Positions 1 through 13,448 of a stretch of DNA of 64,000 nt are shown piece by piece. The notes under the pieces were generated by a model, which was not told where the DNA came from, ran no database searches, and saw only the letters and a program-made list of their open reading frames with translations. Position numbers and translations under genes: made by a program. Each line of letters begins with the position of its first letter. Position 1 is the first letter of the stretch. Where the stretch lies: the NCBI GenBank assembly GCA_030265395.1, contig JARFYF010000001.1, positions 124,749,106 through 124,813,105 on the forward strand. The letters are read 5' to 3'. Source of the stretch: Rhina ancylostomus. Taxonomy: Eukaryota.

Positions 1-170
1 TAAGGTGCAAGGTCATAACAAGGTAGATTGTGAGGTCAAGACTCCATCTCATCATATAAGGGAACCATTCAATAGTCGTATCACAGTGGGATAGAAGCTG
101 TCCTTGAGCCTGGTGGTATGTGTCCTCAGGCTCCGGTATCTTCTGCCTAATGAGAGAGGGGAGAAGAGAA
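1..170 (-). mobile_element. Rex1/Babar-like LINE 3' fragment
   Basis: Minus-strand peptide GRRYRSLRTHTTRLKDSFYPTVIRLLN is the typical Rex1/Babar ORF C-terminus; related copies at ~49000 and ~62650. Confidence 0.75.
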
Positions 171-1499
171 GAGGGATATATTGAGGGATTGTGAGGAATT
201 CTCCCACCTCTGCTGGATCACAATACTGTGAAATTATCTTACATCCTAGAGGAAGCTCCATTTAGCTGCCGGATTTCCCATGCTTCGGAAATCCAGCTGG
301 TAACAGGTGAATAGCGACCATATTCATATTCTATGCTATCATAGATTTAAGATGCTCCCCTTCAGCAGTGCTCACCCAAAAAAAGAACAAATAACAAAGA
401 AAGAAATGACTATGAGGAATGTCAAAGAATGATTTGGGAATTCTGTGGTTGAGAAGCACATTATCCGTCATTTAACCAGTCACTCTCTTTGGAAATATCA
501 ATCATTTTATTGATGTTGTGTCATTTTATATTGGAAGTAATTTTGGTAAATTGCCAAACAGATAAGTTTGTTTTAGGACTGACCTGAAAAAGTAAACTTC
601 AAATCATAAGCTACAAGTTTTATAATTTAGTTCATGTAGCATACTCAAAAAGGGCTTTGCCAGAAGCATTTCAGAAATATTGACAGGTTGTAAAATTACA
701 GCAAGAAATAGGAAAGGAAGATTGCACTAAATTCCAGATCCTCCTGGGGAATAATGCCTGAGGTATTAGATTTAGCGCATATTGGTATAGTATGTTGAAC
801 TTGCTTGGTGAGTGAGGTAAATGTATTCAGAGAATGGAGAAAATCTGCAATCACCTGTGGTGATAAATGAGACCACATGCCTGAAGTTGCTTTTGTTTTC
901 TAGTTCCAATGAATATTATGCAGTACTCATAAATGAAGATACAGGCTGCTACACTACTGCATTATAACTTAAAGTTAAGGAGGTGGTCTTACATGGTGCC
1001 AAAAAAGTGACTCTTTCTGTTCTTATTCTGCAGAGGCTCCCAATCACCTTGTTCCAACTCTCTCGTCCTCTTTAAGTTGGTTGAGCCTGGAGTGTTTATT
1101 TGTGCATTGCTCCACTGGGAGATGTATTTATAAGCGAATTTGGGAAAGAATGAGGCCAATTCGCTTATTTACTACAAGAGCAGTTCAAATTAAAAGCAGC
1201 AATGGTTTACACTTGGGTCACTTTTTTATTCCTTGTTCAGAAGTAGGCATCACTGTTAACTATTGCTATTAAACACTTCCTATTTACTGTTGAGAAAGTA
1301 GCATTCAGCTGATTTCCCACACTGCTGTTGTCCACGAGGCCAAAAGTCACCCACAAAGTTCCTGAGCAGGAATCTTACTAATGANNNNNNNNNNNNNNNN
1401 NNNNNNNNNNNNNNNNNNNNNNNNNNNNNNNNNNNNNNNNNNNNNNNNNNNNNNNNNNNNNNNNNNNNNNNNNNNNNNNNNNNNGAATCTTACTAATGA

Positions 1500-1830
1500 G
1501 ATGAGGGAGTGATGATTTATGCCGAGGTTGGAGCACAAGAAGTAGATACAGCAAAAGCACACACAGTCCTTCAAACTTGCTCCATCCTTCAATTAGACCA
1601 TGGCTCTAGATCCTCACTTTCTGAAGAACCCCTTATCTCTCAGTTCCTTTCATGGACTGAGATCTGTCAGTCTTAATCTACTCAATGATTGAACATCCAC
1701 AGTGCACTGGACTGGAGAATTCCAAAGATTTATTGCTCCCTGATTCCTTATTCTGAGGCTGTGTCGTCTAATTCCAGATTCTGCAGTTTAGGGAAAGAGC
1801 CTCTCAAGAACTTTGCCATAATCCATCTCA
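1500..1830 (-). mobile_element. Degenerate CR1-type LINE 3' end
   Basis: Resembles the CR1 3' ends at 7380 and 35070 (attagaccatggct, gagaattccaaagatt). Confidence 0.5.
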
Positions 1831-1859
1831 GGATGAGGAAAATTGATGTGGTGTTTCCA

Positions 1860-2160
1860 TGGATGTACTGCGTTTGAGGTGCTAGGGGTCACAGATTTGG
1901 AAAAGAATGATTGTTGAGCTGTTGGTTGTTCTGTTGATCAAATTGGTTGCCACATCATTGATGGTGTCAAGCTTCTTGAGCATTGTGCAGCTGTACCAAT
2001 CCAGTCCAGTGCAAATAATTCACTTACACTCTTACTGCTGCTATGGACATGATGAAGAGATTTTGAGGAGTCAGAACATGAGCCACCTGCCATAGAACAC
2101 CCTGTCTCCAAACTCCTCCAGTAGCTGCAGTATTTAAGAGTTCTCAAGGATGTTGATGGT
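1860..2160 (-). mobile_element. Old LINE fragment (CR1/L2 superfamily)
   Basis: Similar to 53200-53660 (gtagctgcagtattt, agcttcttgagcattgtgcagctg). Confidence 0.45.
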
Positions 2161-2194
2161 GTAGGACTCAGGTTTAAGTTACTGGATGAACACC

Positions 2195-2450
2195 ATGGAC
2201 TTACCCATTGATTCAGGTGTATGGATTTGAATCCCATCCTACCATGTGGGGAACTAAATGTTGGTAATTAAATAAATCTGGAATAGAAAAAGCTAATATC
2301 AGTAATAGATTGTTGTAAATAGAGTAAGAGAATCTGCCATCCTTTCCTTGTCTGATCGATCTGTGATGCTTAACTGATTCCTCAGTTCAGGCAATTGGAA
2401 ATGGACAATAAATAGTGGTGTGGCCACATTCCATAACTACATAAATTAAA
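2195..2450 (+). mobile_element. Degenerate SINE-like element (related copies at 25570-25915 + and ~43790-44140 -)
   Basis: Shared blocks aataaatctgg...ctgccatcctt...ggacaataaat and a B-box-like gatttgaatccc. Confidence 0.5.
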
Positions 2451-3049
2451 AAAAGTTTAGTGAGAAAAATAGCATTGCTTGTCAAATGAAGAGATCACAG
2501 TTACGCTTGTTGAAGATAGTTATTATTTGCTATTTGTGTGACACAAATGTTCCTAGTACTGTTTTGGATTTTTTTCATTGCGGGATTTTACACAAAGCTG
2601 AATGCTCTGAAGTCATCAGCAATCAGCCCAAATCCTGTGAAAGGAAAATACAATGGATCTGGAAGTCTTTTGAAATGTGCTCAGGAAATGTTGGGAACAT
2701 CAGATTGAACAAGTCAGAGAGGGATAACAGGAAGAGAGGAAATAATGCTCGGATATATTATTAGGCTGATGACCATTGACTTAAGTAATGAGCTGGGTGG
2801 TACTGGACCTTACAGTGACCCCTTGCATTATCCCCATAGCTGCACTAACCTTTTGTGGCCACGCAACCGACAAAGACTTTAAGACCTCATAAAATGAGTT
2901 ATTTCAAAAGTCAGCACATGCTGCCCTTGGTGTCTTCCACTTAAAACAGGGATAGTAATTTCCCAATTAAAACAAAAGGACAAGACAAGTGAAAAAAGGA
3001 ACAGACTCAATCTAAGGAAGAATTTCATATGGGATCCTGTTGTGTGATG

Positions 3050-3175
3050 ACTTTTGATTAGAGCTCATTGACTTGAAATGTTAACTCTCTTTCTCTGGCT
3101 CCAGGTGCCTCAAGCTATTTCTGCTGTTTTCTGTTTTTATTTCTGATATCTGGCATCGGCAGTACTTTGTTTCTT
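3050..3175 (+). mobile_element. Penelope-type terminal fragment with degenerate hammerhead-like core
   Basis: ttgattagagctcattgacttgaaatgttaactctc followed by ...ttctgtttttatttctgatatctggcatcggcagt; same family as 26235, 42180, 43490. Confidence 0.5.
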
Positions 3176-6100
3176 TGCCAGTCTTGAACAATTCTTCTGC
3201 TGCACCAAGTGGTGTTTCTAAGCTGCTTCTGCAGCTGATGAAAAGACCCATGTAAGCTTGCCAGATATGCTAAGTCCTGTTGTTGGGAGGATCTGCCAAA
3301 AACATGCTTTCCTGGAGGTCAACATTAGCCTCTGGAGCTCCTACTGTTTTTCATTAGATCTCTGCACTGGGAAACAGCAGCTTTAGTCTTTGAATGAATT
3401 TCACTCCTGTGGTGTTGTAATTTTCTTGCATTCATCACCGTCATTCATGCAATCAGGATAACCAGCTTTCCTTAATGGTACCACAAATTAAGCAGCCCAC
3501 TGCAGTCTTGAATTTTAATCTGCTCTCTAACCAGGTTCTAAGGACATCATCACTGACTGGCAGCATCAATTTGAGCTTTGGGAGTTAAAATCTCTTCAGC
3601 CCCATGTTTGAGAGCATTTGTTGGTTTGTCTTATTTGACTAAATCCTGTTCCCAATTAACATCAGAGCTCACAGTACTAAATGCGGTATCAAATCAAAAT
3701 CTCACTGAATGATGAGCTTAAGGTGCTCTTGCAATCCTGATGGTGTATAATTAGAACTTCTTTGTGTGCATTCATGAAAATTGGAGAATCGAGGAGTAAA
3801 GATTAGTCTTCCTTTGAGAATGAAATCTCCTGCATGTGTACAAAAATGGCTCTTCAAACTTTTCAGCTGTGGAAAGTACACTAGCACAGACTACATCCTG
3901 CATTAGGTGATTAAGTGCATTGCAGAATCTGTTGCTTTTCGTTAGGAGAATAAAAAATAAGTGACTTTATTTATGAATAATGCATTTTAATGGTATCGCT
4001 GTTGCCTTTGGGGAATGCTTGAATGCCTCCTTATCTTAACCTCTAAATAAAATTGCTACCATGTCAATACATTTTTGTCCCAACATTCTTCATGCCACAC
4101 CTGAGAAGAAATTATAATAACAGTTAATATATTTCCACTGAGATGACAAACAACAATAACATAACTTATTGTAAGTTTTCTAACTTGTTTCTCACATTAT
4201 AAGATTCTTCTTTAGATTGAACATGTTCCTTTTTCACTTGTGTTATCCTTTTGTTTTATTTTAAAAGCTTATTATCCCTGCTTTAAATGGAACGTAGCAA
4301 GGGAGCATGAGTTTTGCGATAACCTACTTAATGAGTTGCCTGATGAAAGTCACTTTGCTGACACAGTATCTATCCACTGCATGGTTAAACCATGATGCAG
4401 CCAATCATAACACATTCCAGTGTCAGACACTTATGTTCAGTCATAAGATTGCCATTGACTACGACAAACCAATTCTGACAGTCATATCATACCCTTTCCA
4501 TATGAAACATTGTTTATCATTCAGATTTGATTTACTCTTCTCAAATTTTAGAAAGCTGGGTAAAGGGCTTTGATTAATTGTACAAGACACCAACAGACAT
4601 GTGGAGATTAGGTGACCAAAAAGCTTTGGTTTTCTAAGGTTGGAAGGCATTCCAATGTTTTCACCTCCTGCGAGAGAATGGAGAGATAAGGAAGTGCGTA
4701 GATTTAATTGAAGTGAAGTAAAGAGAGGAGAGTTCAGAGGAACATTAACCATGAAAGCATTGATGAGAGGAGCTTCTGTGAATATTATACATAGGTTTAG
4801 TGAAAGAGATGACATGGATTTCAGCTTTAAGGTCATTGAAGAGACTGCAGTCAAGAATGTCTTGAAGTAAGAAAGTGATTGAAGGTGGAGACATCAAAGG
4901 CAAGGCCCATCATTGCCTGTGACATGTGCAAAGACGGTGTCACGCCTGACCCATGTTGTTTATACAGCTGGTGCAGCTGGTTAGGAACATTTCATGTACA
5001 TTTTTATTGGTCTGAATATAATCATCCCACATTTTAATCACTTCACCAGAGGCAGTCATGCCTTCAGCTTCTAGGACCTAAATTCCTTCCCTAAATATCT
5101 ATGCCCATCTTTTCCTTTTCCTCCAAAGAGCTCTTTTTCATCAATTTTTTTACCATTTGTCATAATATCTCTTATGAATTTGATGCCAGCTTTTGTTTTA
5201 TAATGCTATTGTGATACAATGAATCATTCACTGCTGAAAGTGAAATATAAATAAAATTTCCTCTTCTTCCAAAAAGCATATGTTGTCCAAATGTTGTCTA
5301 AAAAGAACAAAAGCAACAACATTTATATTCTCCTATTGTGAGTACAAAGGAGATCGAGATTTGACTCAGATATTTCCTGTTAAGAGGACCAAAGACCATT
5401 GAAAGCATGGAGTTCAGCAGAAGTGGATAAGTGTTGAGAAGAACTATGAACAATGTAGACAAATAAGCAGTCTTCCATTTTGTCAACAAAGGTCATTTTC
5501 ATGTTGGTGTAAACAAAACACACTCTGGCTGTTTGAGATACTGGGAAGTTACCTTGGCAGAGTTTTGACATTGGCCTCTGGCGAGAACTTCATCTTCATT
5601 TGATGGAAGTGAATTTTGAAGGTAGAGTACCAGGTGCTCTACTGTGTAGTTTGCTCAATGTTACTGATCAGGGATAAAACAGAAATAACATTGAGATGTT
5701 GGCAGTTTGAACATAGATACATGAAATTTAAGTAATGGCAGGAATAAATCATACAACCTCTAGAGGCCGTTCCATCATTGGGTATATTGTGCCTGATTAT
5801 TTTTCTCACATTCATTTTCACACACAGTCCCCATTTTCCTTTTATTTTGTTAATGTCCAAAGTCCAATAATCCCAGCCTTGAATGTACTCAACAAATGTA
5901 AATCCACAGCCTTGGCTGGAGGCTGGAGGAGTATTTTCAAAGAGTCACAGCTCTATGAGTCCAGACCTAAATAGCCAACCCTGCCCCTCCCTGCTCACCA
6001 AACCCACCTTCCCCTCCCCCCATCCCCTGCAGTTCCACAATCTCCTTTCTGAGGAATCAGCAATGCAGTTACTACTCTCATGATTTTGTATATCTCATTC

Positions 6101-6240
6101 TTCTGAACGCCAGCCTTACAGGCCAACCGTTATAACACAGGAATTAATAAAGTACCCACTGTGCATTTCAACTGGTGTATGACTGAATATATAAATACAT
6201 TATGCATCCAGGGTTGTTAGAAAGCTGCCTTTGTTTAAAA

Positions 6241-6470
6241 GCAGCACAGTAGCATAGCGGTTGGCATGGGGCTATTACAGTGCCAATGATCGGGGTTCAA
6301 TTCCTGCCACTGTCTGTAAGGAGTTTGTATGTTCTTCCCATGTCTGTGTGGGTTTCCTCCGGGTGCTCTGGTTTCCAAAGATGTATGGGTTAGTAGGTTA
6401 ATTTAGGTGAGTGGTGCGGGCTCGTTGGGCCGGAAGGGCCTGTTACCATGCTGTATAAATGTAACATTTT
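6241..6470 (+). mobile_element. tRNA-derived SINE (HE1/V-SINE-like)
   Basis: A-box tagcatagcggttgg, B-box ggttcaattcc, core gagtttgtatgttct...ggtttcctccgggtgctc, tail gggccggaagggcctgtt. Confidence 0.85.
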
Positions 6471-7379
6471 TTAAAGTGGCAGCTGCAATGATTAGTTTTG
6501 TCAGTATGGAATCCATGTACATCTCTGCAAGAGCTGTGAGGCTAGCTGTGTGGTTTACTTTTAGATTCAGTCAAGTTAAATGAGTTTGAAGGATTCTCTT
6601 TACCCAGTTACTTTGTCTAGTCTTGGCTAAATATTCTCTTTAGGGCTTTAAACTACTTCCTTGACAACTATTGGTTCCCATGTACATGGAGATTACATTC
6701 ACCTCCTGGGAACCTTCTCCAGCACAGTGTGAAGCCTCTCCTGTGTGGAAGCTTCCTTGCTGATCATCCTTCATTTATTACAGCAGATTCAAGGCTGCTT
6801 CAGTGAATGACTTATTCGGCCATCTATTTGGCCATACAAAATACAAAGATTTTGTTTCCATCCTTTTTCTTCTTTTCCACCTGTCCTCTGAAAAGATCTT
6901 CATTAAAATTAAACTTTAGAATGACCCACACCACAACTGATCCCATACTCTCATCTTTCCATTAAATTGATTCCTTGTGCAGGACCAATATGGGGAATTT
7001 TAACCCTGGCATAAGAACATTTGCCACTCAGAACTACATATTATAGGAGCAAATTATCTGCAGCTGCGCTTAGCTCCTGCTTTAAAAAAAAAGGTTTCTT
7101 CTGTTTAAATTTTGGAAGATGTGAAACCTTCAAAGAATTATCCCAAAGGATACTTCCCCATCTACATTATTTGTGATAAGTTATTAAGTGTAAAACTTTA
7201 CTTGGTAGTTAAGCACTGGTTCTTTTGATCTGTGTAAACTTGCCAAGATCCTTACTTCTTGAACAAGCTTGTGGTTCATTCTGTCTGATCCACATAGTCC
7301 TTCTGTTTCTCCAATATGCACTCCATTAAAACTTCAGTGACATGGTTTTAATGAATTTATTGCTGAACAATTGCTGGCA

Positions 7380-7500
7380 CTAGAACAGAAGAAAATAGGA
7401 GCAGGAGTAGATCACCAGGTCTCTCAAACCTGCACCGCCATACAATATGATCATGGCTGATCTATGCTGGCCTCAACTCCTTTTCATGCCAGTTCTTCTT
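7380..7500 (-). mobile_element. CR1 LINE 3' tail fragment
   Basis: aataggagcaggagtag...gatcatggctgatct is the reverse complement of the CR1 3' UTR seen at 47500-47580. Confidence 0.65.
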
Positions 7501-8929
7501 TCCCAAGCAGTTTTTCCTCATATTAAAAATAAATTCAAATGTATTATTGTTAATGGCTTATTGGCCATGTAAAAAGTATGAAAGGACTTTTATTACAGTA
7601 TTTCTTTTGAAAAGAGCACAACTTTTTACATAGCTGTATAAAAATCATGAGGCACTGAGTCATTTGATCAGCGTGATTTCACAATATCTCACGGACAGTG
7701 CATTCCTTGCCCTTGAAAGCTGTTTGTTTGGCCTTTTCTCTTTAGTAGTACTCTAACTGCAGAGCATTAATCATGCAAAAACAAATTAAAATGCTCATTA
7801 TTTATAATATGTTACACATGCATTTTAAACAATGAGGCATTAAACTCTTAATATGAAGTATTAGTCATTTTGTCAAGTATGTGAGCAGAAATATGCAATG
7901 ATGTTTCTTTATATTGAATTACAGGATGTCAGTATCTCTGGCAAGGCCAGTACATTTTGTTGAAATGTGCTTAAGATAGTGGTGGTGAACTGCCTTCTAG
8001 AACCACTGCAGTTCTTCTGGTTCGAACTCCAATGTTGTTGAGTAGGGTGTTCCAGGATTTAAATCCAACAATGATAAATGAATGCTGATACATTAGCATT
8101 CCTAGGGATACATGTCCCTAGGATGGTGTACAATTTGGAGGGGAATCTGCGGGTAGTAGTGATTAGCCACATACTGATTGTATCGATTCCAATTTATTCA
8201 AAAACTAAAGCACCCATGAAAACCTAACATCACAACAGTTTTCACTTTGCATTTGTTGGAATGACATAATAGAGAATATTTGAATTAAAACATATTTATC
8301 ATAAACTATTAATTTGGATTAAAATTTGAAATGCATATAATCACAATAGCTATTGTGCTGGGCTTATCTAACAGCAATAACATGCCTCTATGGGGCAGAA
8401 AAATGTATCAGAGCACTCCGTACACATTAGAAAAAAAGTTGTCAAGCCAGAGCTGGAAATTTTTAGAGGTGAGATGGGGTGGTAACCAAAAGTGTNNNNN
8501 NNNNNNNNNNNNNNNNNNNNNNNNNNNNNNNNNNNNNNNNNNNNNNNNNNNNTATGCTTGGAATTGAATATTGTAGAGATGTAATCCCGTGCAAAGGCTC
8601 TGTGGGGAAGGACTGCAGTCTTGGCTCCTTCTGCCATCTGACTTGAAGGGGCTGAGTTTGATGGGGAGGCTCCTCAAACAATGAATTGATGTGTTGCCCC
8701 AGGGACCACGTGAATGGCAATGTTGCTATGGTTTAAAACAACATTAACACTATTGAATATATTGGCCAAATGACACTAAGAATATAAAGAGTTTTGTACT
8801 GTGTTTTCCTTTTTGTAAATATATTTTATGAATAAAGTTTCTTTTTGGACATAAAAAAAAAGATGTAATGCAACCACAGTAATATAAGCAAGCCATCTAC
8901 TTATCTCGGCTACTCTGACAGCTGTTCCT

Positions 8930-9185
8930 TGTGCACAACTCTACCAGTTCTAGTGGCAGTTGTTTCACCACCTGCATGTTTCCCTCCAGGTCACACACCA
9001 TCTTGATTTGGATCCTGCATCATTGCTGGGTCTAAATCCTGAAATTCTCAACCAACAGCTTATACCTGAAGTATGCANNNNNNNNNNAGTTGAATGTGTC
9101 TCAGCATCACCTTATCAAAAGCACTTCACGATTATGGATTATTGTTGGTCTTGCCAATGACCAATACACCCTGAATAATGAATAG
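8930..9185 (+). mobile_element. LINE 3' fragment (same family as 53200-53660)
   Basis: ccacctgcatgtttccctccaggtcacacaccatcttga matches the reverse complement of ~53260-53305. Confidence 0.55.
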
Positions 9186-9656
9186 TTTTGTTTTGAAGAA
9201 AAGGGGAGGGATGCTTCTGAGCCTAAAATCAGAGGAAAGTGGGGAGGATTTGTAAGTCAGGAGGAGAACATTACACTTAAAGGGAGCAGCAAGACTAGAA
9301 AACAATTTAAGCTTGAGCATGATAATTTTCACTTTAAATTGATGAGAGAGTGGTAGCCGCTGCAGATTAGTGAGGGTTCAGTGACAGCCAAGTGAGACAT
9401 GGTATGAAATAGAATAAGTGGCTGTAAGTATTGGGACGAGTCAAATGTTACAGAGAATGCAAGATGAGGCAGCACAAACAAAAGAGGTTTGGGACAGTCC
9501 GGAGCTGAGAACTATGTGGATTTGGGTTTCTTCTGTCAGTGACTGAGACAGAAGAAGTAACATACTCAAAATGACCATGTGTTCCAATACTTGAGTCTAC
9601 ATTATCAGATTATAAACCTCCAATAATTACTTTGCAATCAATGACCAAAAGATCTT

Positions 9657-9945
9657 TATGGGCTAGTAAAGCAGCTGCTACACAGTTCTGGTGTTCCAGA
9701 TTCAATCCTGACCTCCAGTGCTGTCTGTATGGAGTTTGTATATTCTCCCTGTGACAGCATGGGTTTCCTCTGGGTGCTCCCAAAGACATGTTGAGAGGTT
9801 AATTGGCTACTGTAAATTGACCCTAGTGGCTGGAGAATCAGGGGACAGTTAACGGGCAGGTGAAATGTGACTGATGGGAATGCTCTGAGAGCTGGCACAG
9901 ATTTGATGGGCCGGTTAGCCTCCTTCCACGTTGTAAGAAAAACAT
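9657..9945 (+). mobile_element. tRNA-derived SINE
   Basis: ttcaatcctgacctccagtgctgtctgtatggagtttg...ggtttcctctgggtgctc core shared with the other SINE copies. Confidence 0.8.
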
Positions 9946-10367
9946 GAGAACATGAAAAATAACTGTTCTTAGAAAATCAAATAATAGGAGCGATGAGGAA
10001 GCTTAAAGCTGATTGTGGATATTGTTCAGGATTATCAATTAANNNNNNNNNNTCTGACCCCTTTGATGCAATTATTTCCACTATTCTTCATATAAAGTGA
10101 TGCCAAAGACTCTTAAATTCAAAGCATACAGAGGTCCAAAGCCTCTAGTAATAAAAAAAAGATCTCTCTTTATGCTCAAACCCTTTTGCTATTCGTCATT
10201 CCCACATTGCTCCTTAAGTCACTGGATACAATGAGTATTCACCAAACTTGTATGGATAATAATTTAGGAAGGATTTGAATAAATGGCTAACTATGATGAT
10301 TAATTGTAATAAAAAGTTCTGTTGGCCAACTCATTATTCACTAGAGATGTTTATTTTTTTCTCAACA

Positions 10368-10645
10368 GCAGGCACGGTAGTGTAGTGGTTAGCGTAATGC
10401 TTTACAGCACCAGCGACCGGGTTCAAATCTGGCCACTGTCTATAAGGAGTTTGTACATTCTCCCCGTGTCTACGTGGGTTTCCTCCGGGTGCTTCGGTTT
10501 CCTCCCACATTCCNNNNNNNNNNNNNNNNNNNNNNNNNNNNNNNNNNNNNNNNNNNNNNNNNNNNNNNNNNNNNNNNNNNNNNNNNNNNNNNNNNNNNNN
10601 NNNNNNNNNNNNNGTGTGTTTTGATGTACATGTGACTAATAAAGA
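10368..10645 (+). mobile_element. tRNA-derived SINE spanning a gap
   Basis: ggcacggtagtgtagtggttagc (A box), gggttcaaatc (B box), gtttcctccgggtgcttcggtttcctcccacattcc. Confidence 0.85.
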
Positions 10646-10714
10646 TATATCTATCTATATATCTAACACCAAGCAAGAGCTATGGATTTTCAAAAAATGG
10701 TTGCGGTTGCTACA

Positions 10715-10938
10715 ATCAGAATTAGAATCAGATTTATTATCACTGACATATGACATGAAATTTGTTGTTTTGTGGCAGCAGTACAGTGCAAAGAGATCAA
10801 ATCTATAAATTCCAAAATAAATAGTGCAAAAAAAGGAATAATAAGGTAATGTTCAGAATTGGATTGTGGAGGGGAAGAAGCTGTTCCTGAATCGTTGAGT
10901 CTGAGTCTTCAGGTCCTATACCTCCTCCCTGATGGTAC
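10715..10938 (-). mobile_element. Rex1/Babar-like LINE 3' fragment
   Basis: aatcag-repeat tail plus gaagaagctgttcctgaatcg...ctcctccctgatggta (reverse complement of the Rex1 ORF end). Confidence 0.7.
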
Positions 10939-11369
10939 ACAATTAAGTTAGTTTGAAATAGTCAGAACTAGAAATGAGAACATCAGTGTTCATTTCTAAG
11001 TTAACTATCCATTGTTAATGCAGTAGCATTCATGTGTAAGCACAGTGAGTGAGTAGTAGAGATTCTCTGTGAAGAACCTGATTATTCACATGCTTATTTT
11101 CATCAGATGTGGCTCCTGATCAAAAGCAGTAATTCATTTCAGCTCCTGAACTACCTGCTCTAAGGACAGAACCTGTGCCATGAGAGATTAGTGATTTGGC
11201 ACAAAATGTGGACTAAATTAATTATTTTTTTAATTGATAATTCAACTACTCACTGGTATAAGTGTGGCATTAGGAGAGCAGCTTCTGTGGCATTAGTGCC
11301 TGGACTTAATGGTACCAATTCAACTTCTGCTGAGCTGTGTAAGTTCACTGAATCAGGATGTGATTAAAC

Positions 11370-12100
11370 TAGAAAAAATTCACAAGGATGTTGCCAGGAC
11401 TGGAAGGCTTGGGTTAAAAGGAGAGACTGGATAGGCTGGGTTTGTTTTCCCTGCAGAGAAGGAGGCTGAAGGGTGACCTTATGGAGGTTTATAAAATCAT
11501 GAGGGGCATAGATAATAAAGCTGGTTCCCGTCTTTTTCCTAGGATAAGGGAGTCGGAAACTAGAGGCCATAGGTTTAAGGTGAACGAGGAAAATTTAAAT
11601 TTTTAAATTAAATTAAATTTTATTTACAGCGTGGTAACAGGCCCTTCCGGTCCAACAAGTCTGCGCTGCCCATTTTAAACCCCAAATTAACCTACCCGTA
11701 CATCTTTTAAATGTGGGAGGAAACCAGAGCACCCAGAGGAGACCCACACAGACACAGGAGAACGTACAAACTTCTTACAGACAGCAACAGGAATTTAACC
11801 CTGATCACTGGTGCTGTAATAGCATTTTGCTAACCGCTACGCTACCGTGAAGGGAAACTGAGGGGCAAGTTTTTTCACACAAAGGGTGGTGGGTATATGG
11901 AACATGCTACCAGAGGAAGAGGTAGGGGCAGGTACAATTACAACATTTGTAATGCATTTGGACAGGTACATGGATAAGAAAGGTTGAGAGGGATATGGGC
12001 CAAATGCAGGCAAGTGGGACCAGCTCAGGCAGTCACTTTGGTTGGCATGAACAAGTTGAGCCAAAGGGCCCATTTCCACGCTGTATAACTCTGTCAGTCT
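11370..12100 (+). mobile_element. CR1/HER1-like LINE 3' fragment, interrupted by a SINE
   Basis: RMLPGL...ERLDRLGLFSL..RRL.GDL.EVYKIMRG.D motif; 3' tail gggcccatttccacgctgtataactct. Confidence 0.85.
11612..11849 (-). mobile_element. tRNA-derived SINE nested in CR1
   Basis: Reverse complement begins cacggtagcgtagcggttagc, same family as 6241 and 10368; CR1 sequence resumes at aagggaaactgaggggc. Confidence 0.85.
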
Positions 12101-12264
12101 ATGATCCCCCATTTGTGTGATCAACATATAGTAGAAGTTTATATCTATTGAAAGGAGTTTTAGCATTCTTATTGTGAAACTCTCACTTTATCAGTTTGTA
12201 ATACTATTAATTTATTCAAGGATGATATTTTAAATAATCCAATAGTCAGTGATTCTTCTATTTC

Positions 12265-12710
12265 TTAGCAGTCACTCAGGATTGAGGGTGACTTACTTCC
12301 ACTCTGGCTCTGTGGGTTCTGCGGTGACCAATAAGGCCAATGTGGGAACTGCAGACTCTTTCACGGATGAGGCAGAAGGTGACTGATGGGCCAGGTGGGT
12401 AGGTGAGGCTGTCGGCTTCTTTTGTTCCTTATGCATCGTCTCTGCGCACTCCTGATGAATGGACTCAGGGTTCTCAACGCTACCCAGAATACTGCTTTCT
12501 CACATTGAGCAGTTATGGGCCAGAGAGTTCTAAAGGTTTTGTGGACGTTGCATTAGGCATTGAGCACATCTTTCAATCTTTTCCTTTGTTCATGTGGTAA
12601 TCTCTACCTGTGACTTGGAATAGTACCTGCTTCAGGTTCCAGTGTGGGAATGCAAATAATATTACCTAATCAAGGTAGCAACTTGAGTGCAACTAGGACT
12701 TCAATAAATC
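12265..12710 (-). mobile_element. RTE-like LINE 3' fragment
   Basis: Reverse complement encodes RVCSSHIGLIGHRRTH-like C-terminus; similar to 40860-41540. Confidence 0.6.
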
Positions 12711-13389
12711 CAACAAATTCACTGGAAGGACAAGCAAATCAATATCAGTGCCTTTTCCCTGGCCAATATCCCTAGTATTGTCACTGGTATCACTGGTATA
12801 TGAAATATCATTAACCAACTGATAATTAATATAGATACAAGCTGCTTCTGGTACTGCAGATTGGAAAAGAAAGCAGCTGCCGTGATTTCCTTCAGTTTAC
12901 AGCTTTGGAATCAAACCAGTATTGCATACTGATCACTGTCACAATCACAATTGCAGCAGGTGTTGGCGATGCATGCACTAACACTTTTCAATATGACAGT
13001 TGGCCTGGTTTGCACTGTTTCTGTGCAAGAAGTTTCATCATGCAACCCATTTGGCATCTGTAATGCATGCAAAATTTCTACAGTGCTTTTAGCAGGAATA
13101 TCTGCTTGCCTGTCTGAAGCTCTTATTTAAACTGTCCACTCTGATCAAAGGAAAGGCTGCTGCTGAGCATCTGAATGATGCTATATAGATCACTGAAGTT
13201 GCTCAGAAAAGGACTGATACTTTAAATGTTTAATTATGAGGTAAGCCTGCTGCGATGGTTTGTAGCTTCCTGGATAATTAGATGTAAGAGAGTTGTATTT
13301 ATGGCAAAGTGGAAATCTGATCCATATAATCCCATAATCCAGCCAGAATAGGCTTTTAGACTCATGAACAGAAATGAAGCTAATGTGTC

Positions 13390-13448
13390 ACTAACACAAT
13401 ACAAAGAGTGCTGGAGGGACTCAGCAGGTCAGGCAGCATCTATGGAGG
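13390..13448 (-). mobile_element. Penelope-type terminal fragment running into a gap
   Basis: gtgctggagggactcagcaggtcaggcagcatctatggag, the reverse complement of the 49531 element. Confidence 0.6.

Noticed and set aside
6241-6310. tRNA-like A and B boxes (also 10370, 17665 and others)
   Set aside because: These are SINE heads that run into SINE bodies, with no complete cloverleaf; they are not tRNA genes.
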